Assembly (NCBI GenBank): GCA_030607835.1
Contig: JAUWJE010000001.1
Coordinates: 1-35,255 of the forward strand
DNA length: 35,255 nt
Reading direction: 5' to 3'
Source: Candidatus Fermentibacterota bacterium
Lineage (GTDB): Bacteria > Fermentibacterota > Fermentibacteria > Fermentibacterales > JCC-6
The notes beneath the pieces are model-generated. The model was not told the origin of the DNA and ran no database searches. It was given only the letters and a program-made list of their open reading frames with translations. Below, in pieces: positions 31,743 to 35,255 of the stretch. A program made the translations under genes and the position numbers. How positions within the stretch are numbered: the first letter of the stretch is position 1; the number at the start of each line of letters is the position of its first letter.

Positions 31743-32393
31743 TTAGAAAAGCTCACCAAGTTTCTCAACCATATTTACAGCGCCCTCGAAAACTTCTGCA
31801 GGTCCATTCGCAAGCATATATGCGGGAGTTGTGACAATCTTTCTATCCCTGTCCACAATGGAATCATTGACAGGGCAGTTCACATGAACTGCGCCCATGG
31901 AATTAATGGCATCAGCTGTTTCAGGATGAGAGCCGATAGTCAGTCTTGCTCCAGGGATTGTTCTGGCCAGTATTACAGGAGCAATACACATCGCCGCAAT
32001 CGGCTTACCGTTTTCCAGAGCTTCATCGATCAGTTTTCTGACATCCTGATTTACGGAGCATTCAGGTCCATCCTTCGCGAAGGAGCAGAGCGTCAGCGCC
32101 GCGCCGAAACCTCCAGGGAAAACAACAGCATCGTAATCATCAGTCGAGAGATCCGCCAGAGGCCTTATTTCACCCCTTGCAATTCTTGCAGATTCCACGA
32201 GAGCGTTTCTTGATTCACGTTCCGGTTTTTCTGTGCAGTGATCAACAGCAGCTGACTGCTCTATATCCGGAGCAGTGAATATTATGTCGTAACCTGCTCT
32301 GTCCAGAGCGATAAGAGCGGAAACAGCTTCATGAATCTCCGTGCCGTCCTTTACACCGCACCCGCTTAGAACAAATGCAACTTTTCTTCTCAT
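31743..32393 (-). CDS. elbB: DJ-1/PfpI superfamily protein, ElbB-like (isoprenoid biosynthesis/glyoxalase-type)
   Basis: 216 aa from the ATG at 32393 (MRRKVAFVLSGCGVKDGTEIHEAV...). DAVVFPGGFGAA and the nucleophile elbow AAMCIAP match ElbB-type proteins. AAAGGA lies 7 nt upstream of this ATG. Confidence 0.85.
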   Translation of the reverse strand: MRRKVAFVLSGCGVKDGTEIHEAVSALIALDRAGYDIIFTAPDIEQSAAVDHCTEKPERESRNALVESARIARGEIRPLADLSTDDYDAVVFPGGFGAALTLCSFAKDGPECSVNQDVRKLIDEALENGKPIAAMCIAPVILARTIPGARLTIGSHPETADAINSMGAVHVNCPVNDSIVDRDRKIVTTPAYMLANGPAEVFEGAVNMVEKLGELF

Positions 32394-32535
32394 TTGAATT
32401 CCTTTCATAATGTACAACCGTGTGAATCTAAATGAACAGATACTACATCAGGTACAACCAGTCCAGCGGGCTGCGGGGTTTCACGCGAACGGTCAGTAGA
32501 GTATCTTCGTAAAGAATTATTCAGGAGGGTTAAAC

Positions 32536-33207
32536 ATGTCCAGATTACTTTTTCCATTTCTTGTTCTTCTGATGATGCTTTCATCATGCTACTATGGAGC
32601 CATGCAGGGCGCGCACACACTTGGAGAGGATCACCTTACAGTAACAGGAGGCGTGACCCTTCCAGCGTATTTCTCAGCTGAATCGAAAAAGGAGGCTGAA
32701 GACAGCAGAGTAGATTTCCTTCAGGTATATCCATCGTTAAGTATTGCCACAGGGGCAACAGACAGGATTGATCTTGGAGCATCGTCTTTCGGATATGGCG
32801 TTGGACCCTTCATCAAATACAACCTGATGCCGCCTTCGAACCCAACCGCAATATCGGCACTATTGAACATGAACTACATTATTCCCATGCAGGTTATGCT
32901 GCCTAGAATATCCCTCAGTGCAGGACACCGTTTTGACCGTGATCTTGAGATATTCATAGGATGTGACGCTGGATACGGACCTGATCTCGCTAATATCCCC
33001 AGAACGCAGGACGGCGGACATGACTGGGATTTAGTGGAGAATTCATTTTTTTCCTGCATACGAACCGGCTGCATCTATGAATTGAGAGGTCCGGGCAGTC
33101 CGAACGCAAACAGGACGTACATACCTGAATCCATCATGTTCCAGTTTTCCATTCCACTTGATCTTACAAGGGGTATGATACTTGCCGGGCTTGCTGTCAC
33201 ATATTAA
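32536..33207 (+). CDS. Putative lipoprotein, possibly an outer-membrane beta-barrel
   Basis: The signal peptide has the lipobox LSS|C (MSRLLFPFLVLLMMLSSC). There is an alternating beta-strand-like pattern and a C-terminal aromatic residue (...GLAVTY). Confidence 0.6.
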   Translation: MSRLLFPFLVLLMMLSSCYYGAMQGAHTLGEDHLTVTGGVTLPAYFSAESKKEAEDSRVDFLQVYPSLSIATGATDRIDLGASSFGYGVGPFIKYNLMPPSNPTAISALLNMNYIIPMQVMLPRISLSAGHRFDRDLEIFIGCDAGYGPDLANIPRTQDGGHDWDLVENSFFSCIRTGCIYELRGPGSPNANRTYIPESIMFQFSIPLDLTRGMILAGLAVTY

Positions 33208-33222
33208 GGTGTTCCTCAGGAG

Positions 33223-33240
33223 TATTCCTAAGCAGGAATA
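33223..33240 (+). terminator. Weak terminator-like hairpin after the lipoprotein gene
   Basis: TATTCCT-aagc-AGGAATA forms a 7-bp stem 16 nt after the stop. No U-tract follows. Confidence 0.3.
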
Positions 33241-33282
33241 ATGCACGCAATCCAGATATAGACATGATAGAATGTTACCGGA

Positions 33283-34125
33283 ATGTATTATTCAGAAGGG
33301 AATTTCGGGTTGATACCAATAACTGATATGCATGTTCATACAAGCGACTCTCCCGATGCCGATATTCCAGCGCGTGAATTGGTCGCACGAGGCCTGAATA
33401 TGAATCTTGCCGGAATCGGTTTTGTCGCTCACGTTGATCTAGATCCGGAGGATTACTGTTATGGAGGATTCAAGGAAAACACTTACAATCGATCCATAGA
33501 GCTTGCCAGGAGGGAAGCAGCCAACAGAATACTCGTTCTGAAAGGAATAGAAGTTGGGGAACCCCATATTTACGAGGAACAGGTGAAGGAGATAGTCGAT
33601 TACTCAGCATATGACTTCATCACAGGTGCTATACATTCAGTTGAGGGAGCAGGTATGATTCTGGGGAAGTCGGCTTACGAAAACGCGAATCCGCTTGAAA
33701 TTGTGGAGCGGTATTACACTGAAACGCTGCAAATGGTTGCAGAAGCGGATATGGACATACTTGCGCACATGGGCCTTTTCAGAAGAGGACTGGCGCTTGC
33801 CGGGCTCGAGCATGATTTCAACGAACTGGAGCTGTGGCCCGATACAATTCTTCGTATTCTCGAGATCATTATAGACAGGAACATCTCACTTGAACTGAAC
33901 ACATCCGGTCTGCGCCGCAGGGAAAATATCACATACCCCACGCCTTGGATTCTCGAGTTATATCACAGGATTGGAGGAACACTTATTACCATCGGGTCAG
34001 ATACTCACCGTGAGCCATATGTTTTCTTCGGTCTTTTCGATGGCAGACAACTCCTGATTGAATCGGGATTCAAAGAAGTTTTCTGCTTCGAAAACAGAAT
34101 TCCGAAGAGAATGTCACTGGTTTAA
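33283..34125 (+). CDS. PHP-domain phosphoesterase (HisJ-type histidinol-phosphatase family)
   Basis: 280 aa. The N-terminal DMHVHTSDSPDA metal-binding motif, later HS...A.MDILAH, and GSDTH near the C-terminus fit the PHP/HisJ pattern. Confidence 0.75.
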   Translation: MYYSEGNFGLIPITDMHVHTSDSPDADIPARELVARGLNMNLAGIGFVAHVDLDPEDYCYGGFKENTYNRSIELARREAANRILVLKGIEVGEPHIYEEQVKEIVDYSAYDFITGAIHSVEGAGMILGKSAYENANPLEIVERYYTETLQMVAEADMDILAHMGLFRRGLALAGLEHDFNELELWPDTILRILEIIIDRNISLELNTSGLRRRENITYPTPWILELYHRIGGTLITIGSDTHREPYVFFGLFDGRQLLIESGFKEVFCFENRIPKRMSLV

Positions 34126-34139
34126 TAATTCTATCTCCC

Positions 34140-34168
34140 TTTACATTACTGGAATAAGTCGTAAGAAT
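34140..34168 (+). promoter_or_regulatory. Possible sigma70-like promoter for the riboswitch leader
   Basis: TTTACA (34140-34145), a 17-nt spacer, then AAGAAT (34163-34168). This lies just upstream of the first aptamer. Confidence 0.3.
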
Positions 34169-34185
34169 ATTACCCGGCGGTAGAG

Positions 34186-34277
34186 CACCGCCATGCAAAC
34201 CGGAAGAGATTCCGGGACGCAAAGCCACGGATCCCAGCCGCTGTTTGGGGATGGCGGAAGGAAAGCCGGGTTGCCGT
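34186..34277 (+). promoter_or_regulatory. c-di-GMP-I (GEMM-I) class riboswitch aptamer, copy 1
   Basis: GCAAACC, then the CCGGAA-GAGA-UUCCGG hairpin (GNRA loop 34206-34209), then GGGACGCAAAGCC (34214-26), then a second stem, then GCCGGGUUGCCG (34265-34276). This aligns segment by segment with the V. cholerae Vc2 aptamer core (GCAAACC-hairpin/GAAA-GGGACGCAAAGCC...GCGGGGUUACCG), recalled from memory. Confidence 0.8.
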
Positions 34278-34366
34278 TTGACCATTGCAAACCGGAAGAG
34301 ATTCCGGGACGCAAAGCCACGGGTCCCAGTCCGGGAAACCGGGAAGGACAGCCGGGTTACCAGACG
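34278..34366 (+). promoter_or_regulatory. c-di-GMP-I (GEMM-I) class riboswitch aptamer, copy 2
   Basis: It has the same core as copy 1. The 44 nt from 34286 match 34194-34237 with one mismatch. P2 is GUCC...CCGG-GAAA-CCGG...GGAC, and the 3' element is GCCGGGUUACC (34351-34361). A GCGG-GAAA-CCGC hairpin (34368-34390) follows, then the SD GAGGAGG. Confidence 0.8.
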
Positions 34367-34408
34367 TCCGTTGCGGGAAACCGCTGACGGATTGAGGAGG
34401 TGCTCACG

Positions 34409-34678
34409 ATGAGGTGGATACCACTGCTTATGGTTGCACTTCTACCGTCGGTTCTGCTGGCAAGCGTGACTGTATCAACCAGCATTGCCAATGCTGACAC
34501 TTTTGTCACCATTGCGCGAGATGCCATGGATGATGGAGATTACGTTACCGCTTTTGCTCTTTATGAGTGTGCTCTTCGAAGAGAACCCCACTCTTCAGCA
34601 GCCCTTGCAGGTCGCCTGGCGGCCAGGGCGCATTTGGAGGAGTGCATTGGAACAGAGCTAATGGTAGCGTCACGCTGA
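34409..34678 (+). CDS. Small exported protein (89 aa) downstream of the tandem riboswitch
   Basis: The ATG at 34409 sits 8 nt after GAGGAGG (34394-34400). The signal peptide is MRWIPLLMVALLPSVLLASVTVSTSIANA|D. The mature part is a TPR-like helix pair (DGDYVTAFALYECALRREPHSSAALAGRLAA). The track start at 34400 is a GTG inside the SD. Confidence 0.6.
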   Translation: MRWIPLLMVALLPSVLLASVTVSTSIANADTFVTIARDAMDDGDYVTAFALYECALRREPHSSAALAGRLAARAHLEECIGTELMVASR

Positions 34679-34699
34679 ATGCAGGCCGTCAGTGCACAC

Positions 34700-34725
34700 G
34701 GGACGGGCTCTTCGGAGTCCGTCCC
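34700..34725. terminator. Strong hairpin between convergent genes (UUCG tetraloop)
   Basis: GGGACGGGCTC-ttcg-GAGTCCGTCCC forms an 11-bp stem with one G-U pair. It lies 22 nt after the small ORF stop and 2 nt after the serS stop. There is no clear U-tract on either strand. Confidence 0.5.
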
Positions 34726-34727
34726 GC

Positions 34728-35255
34728 CTAACCCAGAATTGCCGTTCCGGTTATTTCAGCAAGAATTCTCGGCAATACAACTTCTCCGGATTTGGTCTGA
34801 CCGTTCTCGATCAGCGCGGCGATGATCCTCGGGAGAGCCAGCCCCGAACCGTTCAGTGTGTGTACGAATTGAGGTTTGCCACCACCTGCTGGTTTGTATC
34901 TGATCTTTCCCCGTCTTGACTGAAAATCTCTGAAATTGGAGACAGAAGAGACTTCCAGCCACTTTTCCTGGCCGGCTGACCACACTTCGAAATCGTAGCA
35001 TTTTGCCGCAGCAAAGCTGAGGTCTCCCGTCGCTAGAATGGAGATTCTGTAGGGAAGTTCAAGGAGAGAAAGCATCTTCTCGACGTGTGCAACCATTTCT
35101 TCGAGGGCGGTTTCTGAGCGATCAGGATGTTCTACTCTTACCATCTCCACTTTTTCGAACTGATGAACCCTGTTGAGTCCTCTTGTATCCTTCCCGTAAC
35201 TCCCGGCTTCCCTTCGGAAACAGGGTGTGTAACCGAATAACTTCACCGGAAGGTC
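34728..35255 (-). CDS. serS: Seryl-tRNA synthetase, C-terminal catalytic part. The 5' end lies outside the window.
   Basis: It has the class II aaRS motifs TPCFRREAGSYGKDTRGLNRVHQFEKVE and TLNGSGLALPRIIAALIENGQ. The reading frame runs off the window end. Confidence 0.95.
   Translation of the reverse strand, partial: DLPVKLFGYTPCFRREAGSYGKDTRGLNRVHQFEKVEMVRVEHPDRSETALEEMVAHVEKMLSLLELPYRISILATGDLSFAAAKCYDFEVWSAGQEKWLEVSSVSNFRDFQSRRGKIRYKPAGGGKPQFVHTLNGSGLALPRIIAALIENGQTKSGEVVLPRILAEITGTAILG

Noticed and set aside
34193-34387. 64-aa plus-strand ORF (MQTGRDSGTQSHG...) in the ORF track
   Set aside because: It lies entirely within the two GEMM-I-like aptamers. Its internal peptide repetition simply mirrors the 92-nt nucleotide duplication. 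It has no SD, and its composition is Gly/Pro/Arg-rich, as expected from GC-rich structured RNA.

Overview
This window is the replication-origin neighbourhood of a bacterial chromosome, roughly 40-45% GC by eye. The left arm is all on the minus strand: a partial polysaccharide deacetylase gene (plus strand), a 55-aa ferredoxin missing from the ORF track, then parB, parA, rsmG, mnmG (frameshifted), mnmE, yidC, yidD, rnpA and rpmH. The strand switch falls at 8.8-9.1 kb. The right arm is on the plus strand: dnaA, dnaN, a DUF721/DciA-like gene, gyrB, gyrA, a 1132-aa orphan helical protein, a type I asparaginase, a small membrane coiled-coil protein, a bactofilin, and a complete nine-gene A/V-type ATPase operon in the order H-I-K-E-C-F-A-B-D. 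A short accessory tail follows: a secreted protein, elbB-like DJ-1/PfpI, a lipoprotein, a PHP phosphatase, a riboswitch-controlled small exported protein, and partial serS. Signals the ORF track does not explain: (1) two tandem c-di-GMP-I (GEMM-I)-like riboswitch aptamers at 34.19-34.37 kb with near-identical 5' halves, upstream of an 89-aa exported protein; (2) DnaA-box clusters flanking dnaA plus a dense remote cluster at 22.09-22.20 kb using the same TGTGGAAAA variant; (3) two perfect 14-bp palindromic parS-like sites inside mnmG; (4) a one-nucleotide frameshift splitting mnmG; (5) a 97-codon stop-free in-frame extension with no ATG/GTG/TTG ahead of the 1132-aa ORF; (6) an M23-peptidase-like membrane anchor that lacks its catalytic domain, next to the bactofilin. 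I saw no CRISPR array, tRNA, rRNA or mobile element. All family assignments come from motif recognition by eye, and no database search was run.
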